Assembly (NCBI GenBank): GCA_963753185.1
Contig: CAVWBO010000007.1
Span: forward strand, 1,019,538-1,083,537
Source: an uncultured Acidimicrobiia bacterium
Lineage (GTDB): Bacteria > Actinomycetota > Acidimicrobiia > Spongiisociales > UBA5794
Direction of reading: 5' to 3'
Length of the DNA stretch: 64,000 nt
Shown here in pieces: positions 16,546 to 25,948 of the stretch. Position 1 is the stretch's first letter. Each line of letters starts with the position of its first letter. A program made the position numbers and the translations under genes. The notes below the pieces were generated by a model that saw only the letters and a list, made by a program, of their open reading frames with translations, had not been told where the DNA came from and ran no database searches.

Positions 16546-16988
16546 TGGCCAAGGAAGCGTGGCTCGAGACGCCGCCGATGCGAGACGACTACCAGCTCGC
16601 CATCGTCGACACCTCGTATGTCCAGGCAGGTGTGAAGCCGAAGACGTTCATCCACATCAACGAGTCCGAGTGCATCCTGTGTGCCGGCTGCGTCGACATC
16701 TGTCCGTGGAAGTGCATCCACTTCCTCTCCACCGACATCATCTCCGAGACCTTCGGCGTCGACAACCCCGCGGACAAGGAAGAGAACGGCGCGATCTTCG
16801 TGATCGACGACACAGAGTGCACGCGATGCAAGCTGTGCGTCGACCGGTGCCCGACGAACGTGATCACGATCGGGAAGTTCGCAGGCTCGCTCGCCGACCA
16901 GGGCTCGCAATACGAGATGGCGCCCTGGGAGTACGACACGGGCGAACGTGACGACAAGAGCGGCGTCAGCTACGGGACGCGGTGGTGA
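16545..16988 (+). CDS. 2x[4Fe-4S] ferredoxin-type protein
   Basis: Two CxxCxxCxxxCP motifs, CILCAGCVDICP and CTRCKLCVDRCP. ATG 16545 lies inside ORF 16461..16988 and is coupled to the upstream gene. Confidence 0.85.
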   Translation: MAKEAWLETPPMRDDYQLAIVDTSYVQAGVKPKTFIHINESECILCAGCVDICPWKCIHFLSTDIISETFGVDNPADKEENGAIFVIDDTECTRCKLCVDRCPTNVITIGKFAGSLADQGSQYEMAPWEYDTGERDDKSGVSYGTRW

Positions 16989-17006
16989 CAGACATGGGGA
17001 AGCAAG

Positions 17007-17783
17007 GTGGCTGACGGTAACGGGAGGACAGGGCTCAAGGAAGCCGTGACCGGACTGGGTGACCACGTCCGGAATTCCCAGGTGTGGACGTCGATCTTCC
17101 GCCCCGGCTCGTCGATGCGGGCCGACAGTGGCGACTCGCCACGCAACCGCGCCTACGTCGTGATGAACAATGTCCTGTACCACCTGCACCCTGTGAAGGT
17201 GAAGCGCCACGGCGTCAAGCTGTCGTACACGCTGTGCCTCGGGGGACTGAGCTTCTTCCTCTTCATCCTCCTCACGATCACGGGCATCTTCCTGATGTTC
17301 TATTACCGGCCGACGTCACCCCAGGCCTACTTCGACCTCCAGGCGCTCGCAACGGACGTGGCGTTCGGCCAACTCGTGCGCAACATGCACCGGTGGGGTG
17401 CCCACGTCATGGTGCTCACCGTCTTCCTCCACATGTCACGGGTGTTCTATCACGGCGCGTACAAGCCGCCCCGTGAGTTCAACTGGGTCGTCGGCATCAT
17501 CCTGCTCCTCCTCACGCTGCTCCTCTCGTTCACCGGCTACCTCCTCCCATGGGACCAGCTGGCACTGTGGGCGGTGACGGTCGGGGGGAACATGGCCGCG
17601 TACACGCCGGTGTTCGGTGAACAGGTGACATTCGCACTCGTGGGCGGTGTCCAGATCACCGCGGACACCTTGTTGCGGTTCTATGTTCTCCACGTGTTGT
17701 TCCTCCCCTTCATCATCACGATCTTCATGGCCGTGCACTTCTGGCGAGTCCGCAAGGACGGCGGAATCTCGGGACCCCTCTAA
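17007..17783 (+). CDS. Cytochrome b6-type protein (N-terminal half of split cytochrome b, 4 TM)
   Basis: LSYTLCLGG (compare FYCLGG, the haem ci Cys of cyt b6). Also [55 protein letters not shown]. The C-terminus [10 protein letters not shown] is as in cyanobacterial PetB. Confidence 0.9.
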   Translation: MADGNGRTGLKEAVTGLGDHVRNSQVWTSIFRPGSSMRADSGDSPRNRAYVVMNNVLYHLHPVKVKRHGVKLSYTLCLGGLSFFLFILLTITGIFLMFYYRPTSPQAYFDLQALATDVAFGQLVRNMHRWGAHVMVLTVFLHMSRVFYHGAYKPPREFNWVVGIILLLLTLLLSFTGYLLPWDQLALWAVTVGGNMAAYTPVFGEQVTFALVGGVQITADTLLRFYVLHVLFLPFIITIFMAVHFWRVRKDGGISGPL

Positions 17784-17792
17784 GGAGCTGGC

Positions 17793-18692
17793 GTGGCAGA
17801 GCTACCAGAACATCTGAAACGCAGGGCGGCCGAGGCGAGGGCGAAGGCCGCGGGCATCACCGTCGAGGAGGCGATGGCCGCCATGGACGGCGAGAGCGCC
17901 CCCGCTCCTGCGGCTTCAACACCCGCCCCACCATCCCCGGAAGGCTCCGGAGGCGAGCGCGATCTCGATGCCGAGTCCGCCCGCTACGGGGTACCGCGAC
18001 CACTGCTCCAGCGCGCCATGATGGCAAGGGCAAAGGCCGATGGAACCGGCGTACCCGCCCTTGTCGGGGCCGGAGCACCTGCAGCCACCGCACAGGCCTC
18101 GACCTCGTCGCCTGCCCAGGGGTCGGGGACGACCAGCCGGGCCGCATCGCCGCCTGCTCCACAGGGCCCGCCGCCGGGCGTCCGCACGCAACGGCTGCTC
18201 ACGGTCGTCAAAGCCGGCGCCATCCAGGGCACGACGAAGGAACCCGCGGACAAGGTCAATGTTTGGCCGCACCTCCTCGCCATCGAGTTCGTGGCACTGC
18301 TCGGAATGCTTGCCTTCCTGACGCTTCTCTCGGCGTTCGTCGACGCGCCCCTCCTCGAGTTCGCGAACTTCAACCAGCAGCCGAACCCTTCGAAGGCGCC
18401 GTGGTACTTCCTCGGCCTCCAGGAGCTGCTCGCGTACTTCGACCCGATGGTCGCGGGCGTCATCGTGCCGGGCTTCGGCCTCGCAGCTTTGGCGTTCATC
18501 CCGTACATCGACCGCAACCCGTCGGTGAGGCCCTCGGATCGCAAGCTCGCAATCTCGATCTACACGGTGTTCTTCATGGCGGCGGCGATCCTGACGATCT
18601 TCGGATCCTTCTTCCGGGGTCCCGGATTCAACTTCACGTTCCCGTGGCGCGACGGCATATTCTTCGACGACCTACTGACGATCCTCGAATGA
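17793..18692 (+). CDS. Cytochrome b C-terminal half (subunit IV/PetD-like) with ~150-aa N-terminal extension
   Basis: The core is VWPHLLAIEFVALLG...NPSKAPWYFLGLQELL (PEWY-type motif)...IPYIDRNP. The N-terminal extension has two copies of the ARAKA-type motif (LKRRAAEARAKAAGITVEEAMAAM; LLQRAMMARAKADGTGVPAL). Confidence 0.85.
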   Translation: MAELPEHLKRRAAEARAKAAGITVEEAMAAMDGESAPAPAASTPAPPSPEGSGGERDLDAESARYGVPRPLLQRAMMARAKADGTGVPALVGAGAPAATAQASTSSPAQGSGTTSRAASPPAPQGPPPGVRTQRLLTVVKAGAIQGTTKEPADKVNVWPHLLAIEFVALLGMLAFLTLLSAFVDAPLLEFANFNQQPNPSKAPWYFLGLQELLAYFDPMVAGVIVPGFGLAALAFIPYIDRNPSVRPSDRKLAISIYTVFFMAAAILTIFGSFFRGPGFNFTFPWRDGIFFDDLLTILE

Positions 18693-19555
18693 CCGGCGCA
18701 CTCCTCTTCGCTTCGCTCCTCATCCTCGTGACGCTCGCTGCTGCGTTCGCGATCGTCACGATCGCGGCGAGGCGATCGGATTCCGACGGTGCGGTGACCG
18801 CCGCCGAGCTCGATCGGCGCGCCGCCAAGGCGGATCGGGACCGGAGGAAGGCCATGGCAGCCGCAGCCGCGGCCGGTGCTGCCGACGAGGGAGAAGGGTC
18901 ATCCGTTGCCACGCTCGTCGCTGCGCCCCTCGAGTTCCAGGAGGACCCTCCTCGCACGGAGATCTCGGCGACGGAGTACGGCGTCACTCGCCGCAAGTTC
19001 TTCAACAGGGCGATCGGTGCCGTCTTCGGGCTGTTCATGCTCCAGTTCGCCCTCGCGGGGCTCGCGTTCTTCTGGCCGAAGCTCAAGGGCGGATTCGGCA
19101 CGCCGATCAAGGCCGGGTCGGTCGAGTCGTTGAAGGCCGAGATCATCAACGGTGCGACGATCATCCCGAAGTTCGTGCCCGCGGCCCAATCGTGGGTCGT
19201 CCCCTTCGACATGTCCAAGCTCGCGGGGTCCTCCTTCGAGGCGACGCCGTTCGTCGTGGCTGGGGGCGAAGCCGATGGGGTCGGACTGATGGCCCTCTGG
19301 CAGAAGTGTGTCCATCTCGGCTGCCGGGTTCCCGAATGCCTTTCATCGCAGGGATTCGAATGCCCGTGCCACGGATCGAAGTACAACCAGCACGGCGAGT
19401 ACAACTCCGGACCCGCGCCACGGAACCTCGACCGCTTCTCGGTCAGCGTGGATGCTGCCGGGGAGCTCGTCATCGATACGGGTGTCGTCGTCCAGACCTC
19501 ACGGGCGAAGGTGCTGACGATCGCGTACCCGCAGGGTCCGTTCTGTGTGGGGTGA
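18689..19555 (+). CDS. Rieske [2Fe-2S] iron-sulfur subunit
   Basis: CVHLGCRV...CPCHGSKYNQHGEYNSGPAPRNLDRF are the Rieske boxes. Twin-arginine-like TRRKFFNRAIGA. ATG 18689 overlaps the upstream stop (ATGA) and lies inside ORF 18263..19555. Confidence 0.9.
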   Translation: MTGALLFASLLILVTLAAAFAIVTIAARRSDSDGAVTAAELDRRAAKADRDRRKAMAAAAAAGAADEGEGSSVATLVAAPLEFQEDPPRTEISATEYGVTRRKFFNRAIGAVFGLFMLQFALAGLAFFWPKLKGGFGTPIKAGSVESLKAEIINGATIIPKFVPAAQSWVVPFDMSKLAGSSFEATPFVVAGGEADGVGLMALWQKCVHLGCRVPECLSSQGFECPCHGSKYNQHGEYNSGPAPRNLDRFSVSVDAAGELVIDTGVVVQTSRAKVLTIAYPQGPFCVG

Positions 19556-21170
19556 TGGACTCGTGAAGACACTCTCGATGATCAGCGCCGTCGCGGAGGA
19601 GACCGAGGTCGTCGACTCCTCCGTCGGGCTCGGCATCGGTGCCATTGCGCTCCTCATCGCGGTGAGTCTCATCCTGGGATGGATGGGCTTCTTGTATGTC
19701 AATTCGCGTCGCTCCCGTGCCTCGTCAGGTGAGGCGATTCCCCCGAACCTGTCACCCCATGCAACGGACGACGAGCTCGAGAACACCAAGCTCACGAAGG
19801 TCCTTCGTGCCGCCCTGTTCGGATCTGCGCTCCTGGCCGTCTCACTGCCGTGGTACGCGTTCAACGAACCGGACCGCCAGGCCGAGGCCGCCGTCGCGAT
19901 CGAGGAGCTCGACGTCGAGGAGGGCGCGCATTGGTTCAGCGTCGACGGCTTCCAGTGTTCCAACTGCCACGGCCCGGCAGCCGGTGGCGGAGCAGCGGCT
20001 TTCGTCGAGGCCCGAAGCGGAGTCTCGGTTTCGTGGACCGCCCCGTCACTCGACGACGTGCTGTATCGATATGACGAGGAGGAGGTCGCGTACTGGATCA
20101 TCTATGGGCGTGCGAATTCCCCGATGCCCGCCCTCGGCCTCGACGGTGGTGGCGCCATGACCGTCCAGGAGATCGACCAGACGATCGCCTGGCTCGACTC
20201 CATCCAGGTGAGCCAGGCCGATGCGTTCGCTCGCTCAGGTCCTGCCGCGGACCAGGCGCTCGCCCGCATCGACGGTGGCGAGGCATTCACGCAGAACCTG
20301 ATCGCCCGCCAGGAGGCCGAGATCGCCGATGTCGAGGCTGCCGAGGGGAGGGTTGCCGTCGTCGGAGGCTTCCCGGAGGACATCAAGGATCTCTTCCAGG
20401 CGCCGGCAACGTGCACACCCGCATCCGCAGCCCTCGTTGGTGCCTCGTGCACCGATCCAGGGGTCGACAGCGACCGCGACGGGTTGTCGGACGCGACCGA
20501 ACGCGCCCTGACCGTGATGGCGGGAGTTTCGAAGGACACGATCAGGGTGGTCACGGTGGACTCGTCGGTGGTGCCGAACGTCTACACGAACCAGCCGAAC
20601 ACGCTCTACGACGTCCGGTTCGATCCGTTCGTCGCCTTCACCAATACATCGGACGCCGGCCCCCTTGCCGATCTGGACGCCGCGGAGGAGCTGCTCGGCC
20701 ATCTCGAGACGGATGTGTTGCTCCTCACCGTCACAGCCGAGCGCATGGACGCCTTCCTCGCCGACCTCGAGCCCGGCCTTGCCTTCCTCGAGAGAGCCCT
20801 CGCCGAGAAGCCGTGGGCGGTCGACTTCGATGCTGTCGCTGCAGACATGGGGGTCGCCGTTGAGGACGCGCAGCTCGCAGTCGGGCTCTTCAATGCCTAC
20901 TGCGCCAGGTGCCACACGGGCGGATACAGCGCCGGACCTTCGTTCGAACAGGGGGCGGGATCGGGAGCGTGGGGACCGGCGCTTGCGGATGGCCGTTCGC
21001 TGGTCCAGTTCCCCGACCCTGCCGATCAGATCGCGTTCATCATCTCGGGATCCGACAACGCCGTCGGGTACGGCGTCAACGGGATCGGGTCCGGTCGGAT
21101 GCCGGGCTTTGGAAGTGTCCTGTCCCAGGAACAGATCGAGCTGATCGTCAGGTATGAGAGGTCGATGTGA
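19545..21170 (+). CDS. Membrane-anchored dihaem cytochrome c with large inter-haem insert
   Basis: Two CxxCH motifs, FQCSNCHGP and AYCARCHTGG, each followed by a Met-containing segment (NSPMPALG, GSGRMPGFG). N-terminal TM GLGIGAIALLIAVSLILGWMGFLYV. The start may be GTG 19545 or GTG 19563. Confidence 0.85.
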   Translation: MWGDGLVKTLSMISAVAEETEVVDSSVGLGIGAIALLIAVSLILGWMGFLYVNSRRSRASSGEAIPPNLSPHATDDELENTKLTKVLRAALFGSALLAVSLPWYAFNEPDRQAEAAVAIEELDVEEGAHWFSVDGFQCSNCHGPAAGGGAAAFVEARSGVSVSWTAPSLDDVLYRYDEEEVAYWIIYGRANSPMPALGLDGGGAMTVQEIDQTIAWLDSIQVSQADAFARSGPAADQALARIDGGEAFTQNLIARQEAEIADVEAAEGRVAVVGGFPEDIKDLFQAPATCTPASAALVGASCTDPGVDSDRDGLSDATERALTVMAGVSKDTIRVVTVDSSVVPNVYTNQPNTLYDVRFDPFVAFTNTSDAGPLADLDAAEELLGHLETDVLLLTVTAERMDAFLADLEPGLAFLERALAEKPWAVDFDAVAADMGVAVEDAQLAVGLFNAYCARCHTGGYSAGPSFEQGAGSGAWGPALADGRSLVQFPDPADQIAFIISGSDNAVGYGVNGIGSGRMPGFGSVLSQEQIELIVRYERSM

Positions 21171-21670
21171 TGATGGATACCCGCCGTATCGTTCGCTCGG
21201 AGTCGGGCATGTCGACGCTCGAGATCGTCGGGCTCGTTGCCTTCGCCGCCGCGATGCTCTCGATGGTTCCGTTCGTCAGGGAGTTCGTCGTCGATCTCAT
21301 CGGTACCGTGTTCAACCAGCGGGATCCCGACACCGGCGAGCTGACTGACTTCTCCGTTGCGATGCGAGGGTTCGGCGTCGTCGCCGGGGCGATCTTCGTC
21401 TTCATCGGTGCAGGTTGGTTCCTGCTATGGACCGACCTCGGCAAGCGGCTCGCATTCCTCCTCACCGGGGCAGCAACGTTCGGGTGGCTGGCGATCAACG
21501 GGATCCTCTTCATCGTCTACGCCCCACGGGGAATCCGTCCCGCGAACCTCGAGGGCCTCAACGCATTCCAGATCCGGCTGCCGGCGATCGCCATGACCCT
21601 CGGCTCGCTGTTGTTGTTCGCGATGTTCTCGGTCGCTCTCACGCGCTACGAGGCGGACACCGCCAACTGA
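21167..21670 (+). CDS. Hypothetical integral membrane protein, last gene of the Rieske/cytochrome b6 operon
   Basis: 167 aa with 4 predicted TM helices. ATGA overlap with the cytochrome c stop. Confidence 0.65.
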   Translation: MMMDTRRIVRSESGMSTLEIVGLVAFAAAMLSMVPFVREFVVDLIGTVFNQRDPDTGELTDFSVAMRGFGVVAGAIFVFIGAGWFLLWTDLGKRLAFLLTGAATFGWLAINGILFIVYAPRGIRPANLEGLNAFQIRLPAIAMTLGSLLLFAMFSVALTRYEADTAN

Positions 21671-21715
21671 CCTGCGCGCTCGGTGCACCACGGAGCCATC
21701 GTCGCCGGCCAATGC

Positions 21716-22354
21716 CTACGAATCTCCCGTGGGGCGTGCGATGCTCAGGTGGTGGGCGAGGATCCCGAGTTCGGTCGATAGGTCGACGCGACGCACCGAG
21801 ACGTCCTCGGGGACCTTCAGGATGATCGGTGCCAGGTTGAGGATCGACTTGACGCCGGAAGCAATGAGTCGGTCCGCCGCCGACTGGGCCGCACCAGGGG
21901 GAGTCGCGATGATCCCGATCTCGACGCCCCCCGACGTCACGATGTCCTCGAGCCTGTGGATCGACTCGACGACGAGGCCGTTGAGCCTCGTTCCGATCTT
22001 CGACTCGTCCACATCCAGGATTCCGACGATCGTGAATCCCCAGTTGGCGAAGCCCTTGTAGTTGCTGAGCGCGGAGCCGAGGTTCCCTGCCCCGATGATC
22101 ACCACAGGGTGGCTGCGTGTCATGCCGAGCACCACGCGTATTTGGGCCATGAGCTGATCGATCTCGTAGCCGACGCCCCGCGTTCCGTGGCTCCCCACAT
22201 AGGAGAGATCCTTGCGCACCTGCGCAGCAGTGCACCCCGAAACGGACGCCAACTGCTCCGATGAGCACTGGTGCGTCGTCGAGGCCATGTCCGAGAGGCA
22301 CCGAAGGTACCTTGGCAACCTCGCGACCGTCGCTGACGGGATCGTCGACTTCAT
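21716..22354 (-). CDS. rex: Redox-sensing transcriptional repressor Rex
   Basis: IPSATVARLPRYLRCL...SSEQLA...AAQVRKDLSYVG..GTRGVGYEI is the winged helix. VVIIGAGNLGSAL is the Rossmann motif. Divergent from nuoA. Confidence 0.9.
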   Translation of the reverse strand: MKSTIPSATVARLPRYLRCLSDMASTTHQCSSEQLASVSGCTAAQVRKDLSYVGSHGTRGVGYEIDQLMAQIRVVLGMTRSHPVVIIGAGNLGSALSNYKGFANWGFTIVGILDVDESKIGTRLNGLVVESIHRLEDIVTSGGVEIGIIATPPGAAQSAADRLIASGVKSILNLAPIILKVPEDVSVRRVDLSTELGILAHHLSIARPTGDS

Positions 22355-22442
22355 GTCGGGAACAATAGGAAGGCCTGCGGTCAGCCATGTATCGGGTCCG
22401 GGGTTCCCGGATGGCCCACACGCGGGGGTATCCTCCCGACCA

Positions 22443-22865
22443 ATGGAGCTCGCCGACTACCTCCCGATCGCCCTCATGACACTGCTCGGCATCGGCTTCG
22501 CCGTTGCCTCGCTCTTCGTCTCGAGGATCCTTGCGCCGAACAACCCGAGCCCGGAGAAGCTCGCCCCCTACGAATGCGGCATCGTGCCTCTCCAGGAGCC
22601 CGTCCAGCGGTTCCCCGTCAAGTTCTACCTCGTAGCGATGCTGTTCGTGATCTTCGACGTCGAGATCATCTTCCTTTTCCTGTGGGCGGTCCGATATGAG
22701 CAGTTCGGTTGGGCGGGTGTCGGTGCCGTCGTCGTGTTCATGCTGATGCTCATCGAGACGCTCGCCTACGTGTGGAAGCGGGGAGCGCTCGATTGGAATG
22801 TCGCGCGTAGGTCGAGGTATCGGCGCATCGTCGCTCCCGACGCCCCCCTCGAGGAAGCCGCCTGA
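22443..22865 (+). CDS. nuoA: NADH-quinone oxidoreductase subunit A
   Basis: [16 protein letters not shown]...APYECGI...[12 protein letters not shown] 22443 inside ORF 22212..22865. Confidence 0.9.
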   Translation: MELADYLPIALMTLLGIGFAVASLFVSRILAPNNPSPEKLAPYECGIVPLQEPVQRFPVKFYLVAMLFVIFDVEIIFLFLWAVRYEQFGWAGVGAVVVFMLMLIETLAYVWKRGALDWNVARRSRYRRIVAPDAPLEEAA

Positions 22866-23350
22866 TGGCAGGTGTCTCGAAGGAGCCCGGCGTCCTCGTC
22901 ACGACCCTCGAGAAGGGAGTGAACTGGGCACGCACGAACTCGATGTGGCCAGCGTCATTCGGGCTCGCATGTTGTGCAATCGAGATGATGGGAACGGGAG
23001 CGGCCCACAACGACCTCGCCCGCTTCGGCATGGAGGTCTTCCGCGCCTCACCACGCCAGGCCGACCTCATGATCGTCGCCGGACGCGTGTCCCAGAAGAT
23101 GGCTCCTGTACTCCGCCAGGTGTACGACCAGATGGCCGAACCGAAGTGGGTCATCTCGATGGGTGCATGCGCCTCATCGGGTGGGATGTTCAACAACTAC
23201 GCCCTCGTACAGGGTGTCGATCAGGTCGTGCCCGTCGACATGTACGTTCCCGGTTGTCCTCCTGGTCCCCAGTCGCTCATCCACGGGATCCTCAGCCTGC
23301 AGGAGAAGATCATGTCGGGTGAGATCCGCCGATCGACGGGCGTGCTGTGA
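22865..23350 (+). CDS. nuoB: NADH-quinone oxidoreductase subunit B
   Basis: [33 protein letters not shown] (N2 cluster Cys). TGATG overlap with nuoA. Confidence 0.95.
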   Translation: MAGVSKEPGVLVTTLEKGVNWARTNSMWPASFGLACCAIEMMGTGAAHNDLARFGMEVFRASPRQADLMIVAGRVSQKMAPVLRQVYDQMAEPKWVISMGACASSGGMFNNYALVQGVDQVVPVDMYVPGCPPGPQSLIHGILSLQEKIMSGEIRRSTGVL

Positions 23351-23895
23351 TGGACGTCGAAGGCAACGATCCCGCACCCGGTACCGAGGCGTCGACGCCG
23401 ATTCCCGAGTCCGCCGTCGTTGCATCGATCATCGGCCAGTTCCCCGATGCGACGCATGAGCTTCGCACGTACGCGTCGAGCTCGGTCACATACCATGCGA
23501 TCACCGTTCCGGTAGGGGACTGGGTGGCCTTCGCGGAGACAGCGCGGGCCGCCGGCTTCGACACCTTCATCGACCTCGCTGCGGTGGATCACTACACCGA
23601 CGCTCCCCGGTTCGAGGTTGCCCTCAACGTGCTGAACATGGAGGCGGTGGAACGGATCGTCGTGTCGACGAGGGTGCCGTACGACCAGCCGTCCGTCCCG
23701 ACCCTCACCGATGTGTTCCCAGGCGCGAACTTCTATGAGCGAGAGGCCTTCGATCTCATCGGTGTCGAGTTCCCCGGCCATCCCGACCTCACCCGCATCC
23801 TCCTCCCCGACGACTGGGAGGGCCATCCCCTCCGAAAGGACTATGCCGTAGGGTCGGTTCCCGTGGAGTTCAAGGCAGGGAGCGCGAACCTGTGA
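23347..23895 (+). CDS. nuoC: NADH-quinone oxidoreductase subunit C
   Basis: [12 protein letters not shown]..., [22 protein letters not shown]. Overlapping start and stop. Confidence 0.9.
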   Translation: MMDVEGNDPAPGTEASTPIPESAVVASIIGQFPDATHELRTYASSSVTYHAITVPVGDWVAFAETARAAGFDTFIDLAAVDHYTDAPRFEVALNVLNMEAVERIVVSTRVPYDQPSVPTLTDVFPGANFYEREAFDLIGVEFPGHPDLTRILLPDDWEGHPLRKDYAVGSVPVEFKAGSANL

Positions 23896-25322
23896 CGGAC
23901 ACGACGAACCCGACGAACGGCGACGAAGCCGTCGTGGACGAAGGCATCCCGACCACGGGACCCGCGCCAGGGAGTGCCGACGAGCGGCGAAGGCTCCATG
24001 ATGTATGGGTGTCGGGAACCGAGGAGCGGTTCCCATTCTCCGGTGCGACGAACGAACGTGCCCAGGAGCTGCTCTCGCGAGCGGACGAGCCGGCACTCGC
24101 CGTCCAGGAGGGTGTCCTCGTCGTCGACGACTACGTCTCCGATCCCGAGGTCATCGACGAGGAACGACAGATCATCAACATGGGGCCCCAACACCCTTCG
24201 ACGCACGGAGTGCTCAGGCTCCAACTCGAACTCGAGGGTGAAACGGTGAGGCGCGTCAAACCCATCGTCGGCTACCTCCACACCGGCATGGAGAAGACGG
24301 CTGAGACCCTCAACTACTCCCAGGGTTCGACGAACGTCACCCGGATGGACTACCTCTCACCCTTCCACAACGAGCTCGCCTTCTCCCTCGCCACCGAGCA
24401 GCTGCTCGGCATCGACGTCCCGCCTCGTGCGGACGCGATCCGAGTGCTCATGACGGAACTGAACCGCGTCGCCAGCCACCTGCTGTGGGCCGCGACCATG
24501 GGAATGGACATCGGGGCGCTCTCGATGATGATCTACGGCTGGCGCGAACGCGAGGTGTGCCTCGACTTCTTCGAGAAGACGACCGGTCTGCGGATGAACC
24601 ACAACTACATCCGGCCGGGCGGGGTGGCGGCGGACCTCCCTGACGGCTGGGAGGAGGACGTCGAGGACCTCATCCGCCTCGTGAACATCGGGATCTCGGA
24701 GTACGAGGAGCTCTTGAACGAAAACCCGATCTTCCTCGACCGCACCCTCGGTGTCGGCGTCATCACCCCGGATGAGTGCAAGGCGTATGGGATCACGGGA
24801 CCCATCGCCAGGGCGTCCGGCATCACATGGGATCTGCGAAAGGCGATGCCCTACTGCGGCATCGAGCAGTACGAGTTCGATGTGCCGACCGGTCTCCACG
24901 GAGACGTGTTCGATCGGTACATCGTCCGCATGGAGGAGATCCGCCAGTCGCTGCGGATCGTCGAGCAGGTCGTCGAGGCGATGCCCCGCGGCGACTACCG
25001 CAACCCGGACCCCAAGGTCACCCCACCACCGCGCAAGCGCATCGACGAATCGATGGAGGCGCTCATCCACCACTTCAAGCTCTTCACGGAAGGCATCGTC
25101 GTGCCTCCCGGCACGGCGTACCAGTCCGTGGAGGGCCCACGCGGGGAGCTCGGGTGCTACCTCGTTTCGAAGGGTGGAGCGCGCCCGTGGCGGATGCACT
25201 GGCGTGCCCCGTCGTTCGCGGCGGTGCAGGCCCTCCCCATGATGATGACGGACTCCCTCGTCGCCGACGTCGTCGCCGCCCTCGCGTCGGCGGATCCCGT
25301 CCTCGGGGATGTCGACCGATGA
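23892..25322 (+). CDS. nuoD: NADH-quinone oxidoreductase subunit D (long N-terminal extension)
   Basis: INMGPQHPSTHGVLRLQLELEGE...GYLHTGMEK...ends DPVLGDVDR. About 95 aa precede the MGPQHPS motif. Confidence 0.95.
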   Translation: MTDTTNPTNGDEAVVDEGIPTTGPAPGSADERRRLHDVWVSGTEERFPFSGATNERAQELLSRADEPALAVQEGVLVVDDYVSDPEVIDEERQIINMGPQHPSTHGVLRLQLELEGETVRRVKPIVGYLHTGMEKTAETLNYSQGSTNVTRMDYLSPFHNELAFSLATEQLLGIDVPPRADAIRVLMTELNRVASHLLWAATMGMDIGALSMMIYGWREREVCLDFFEKTTGLRMNHNYIRPGGVAADLPDGWEEDVEDLIRLVNIGISEYEELLNENPIFLDRTLGVGVITPDECKAYGITGPIARASGITWDLRKAMPYCGIEQYEFDVPTGLHGDVFDRYIVRMEEIRQSLRIVEQVVEAMPRGDYRNPDPKVTPPPRKRIDESMEALIHHFKLFTEGIVVPPGTAYQSVEGPRGELGCYLVSKGGARPWRMHWRAPSFAAVQALPMMMTDSLVADVVAALASADPVLGDVDR

Positions 25323-25948
25323 CCGCCGCCATCGCCCACTGGAGTCCCGCGAACCAGGAGCGGGCGCGGACGATCCTCGCGTCGTATCCCGAACGGAGAT
25401 CGGCGCTCATGCCGCTCATGTACATCGCGAGCCTCGAGCACCGATACGCCTCCGACGACGCAATGCGCGAGGTTGCCGAGCTGATCGGCATCACCCCTGC
25501 GCAGGTCAAGTCCGTCGTGTCGTTCTACACGATGTTCAAACAGGAGGAGCCAGGTGCGTACCTCGTTTCGGTGTGCACCTCGATCTCGTGCCATCTCCTG
25601 GGAGCTGACGACGTCCTGGCAGCCGTCGAGAACGAGTCAGGGGTGCAGGCTGGTGCAACCGGCGAGGATGGTGCGTTCACCGTCGAACACGTCGAGTGCA
25701 TCGGCGCCTGTGGTGGCGCCCCTGCCGTCCAGGTGAACTACGAGACGGTGGAAGGCCTGACCCCCGACAAGGCGAAGGCGCTCATCGGATGGCTGCGCGA
25801 CTCCACTCCATCGGTGGTCCTCGCCGACGAGATGCAGCAGCTGTTCGGCGGTCGCCGTTCGTTCGACTGGGGGTCCACCGAGGCCGACGGTGCGGTCGGG
25901 CCCGTGCCGGCGTTCGGCCCCTACGGCTCTGCGAGGGGCGGGCGATGA
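25319..25948 (+). CDS. nuoE: NADH-quinone oxidoreductase subunit E
   Basis: SVCTSISCHLLGADD...VECIGACGGAPAVQVN ([2Fe-2S] Cys pattern). ATGA overlap with nuoD. Confidence 0.9.
   Translation: MTAAIAHWSPANQERARTILASYPERRSALMPLMYIASLEHRYASDDAMREVAELIGITPAQVKSVVSFYTMFKQEEPGAYLVSVCTSISCHLLGADDVLAAVENESGVQAGATGEDGAFTVEHVECIGACGGAPAVQVNYETVEGLTPDKAKALIGWLRDSTPSVVLADEMQQLFGGRRSFDWGSTEADGAVGPVPAFGPYGSARGGR

Noticed and set aside
22355-22442. Looked for a canonical Rex operator (TGTGAA-N-TTCACA type) between rex and nuoA
   Set aside because: No inverted repeat of that type is visible by eye here, in 15740-15960, or in 48015-48149. I therefore make no operator call.
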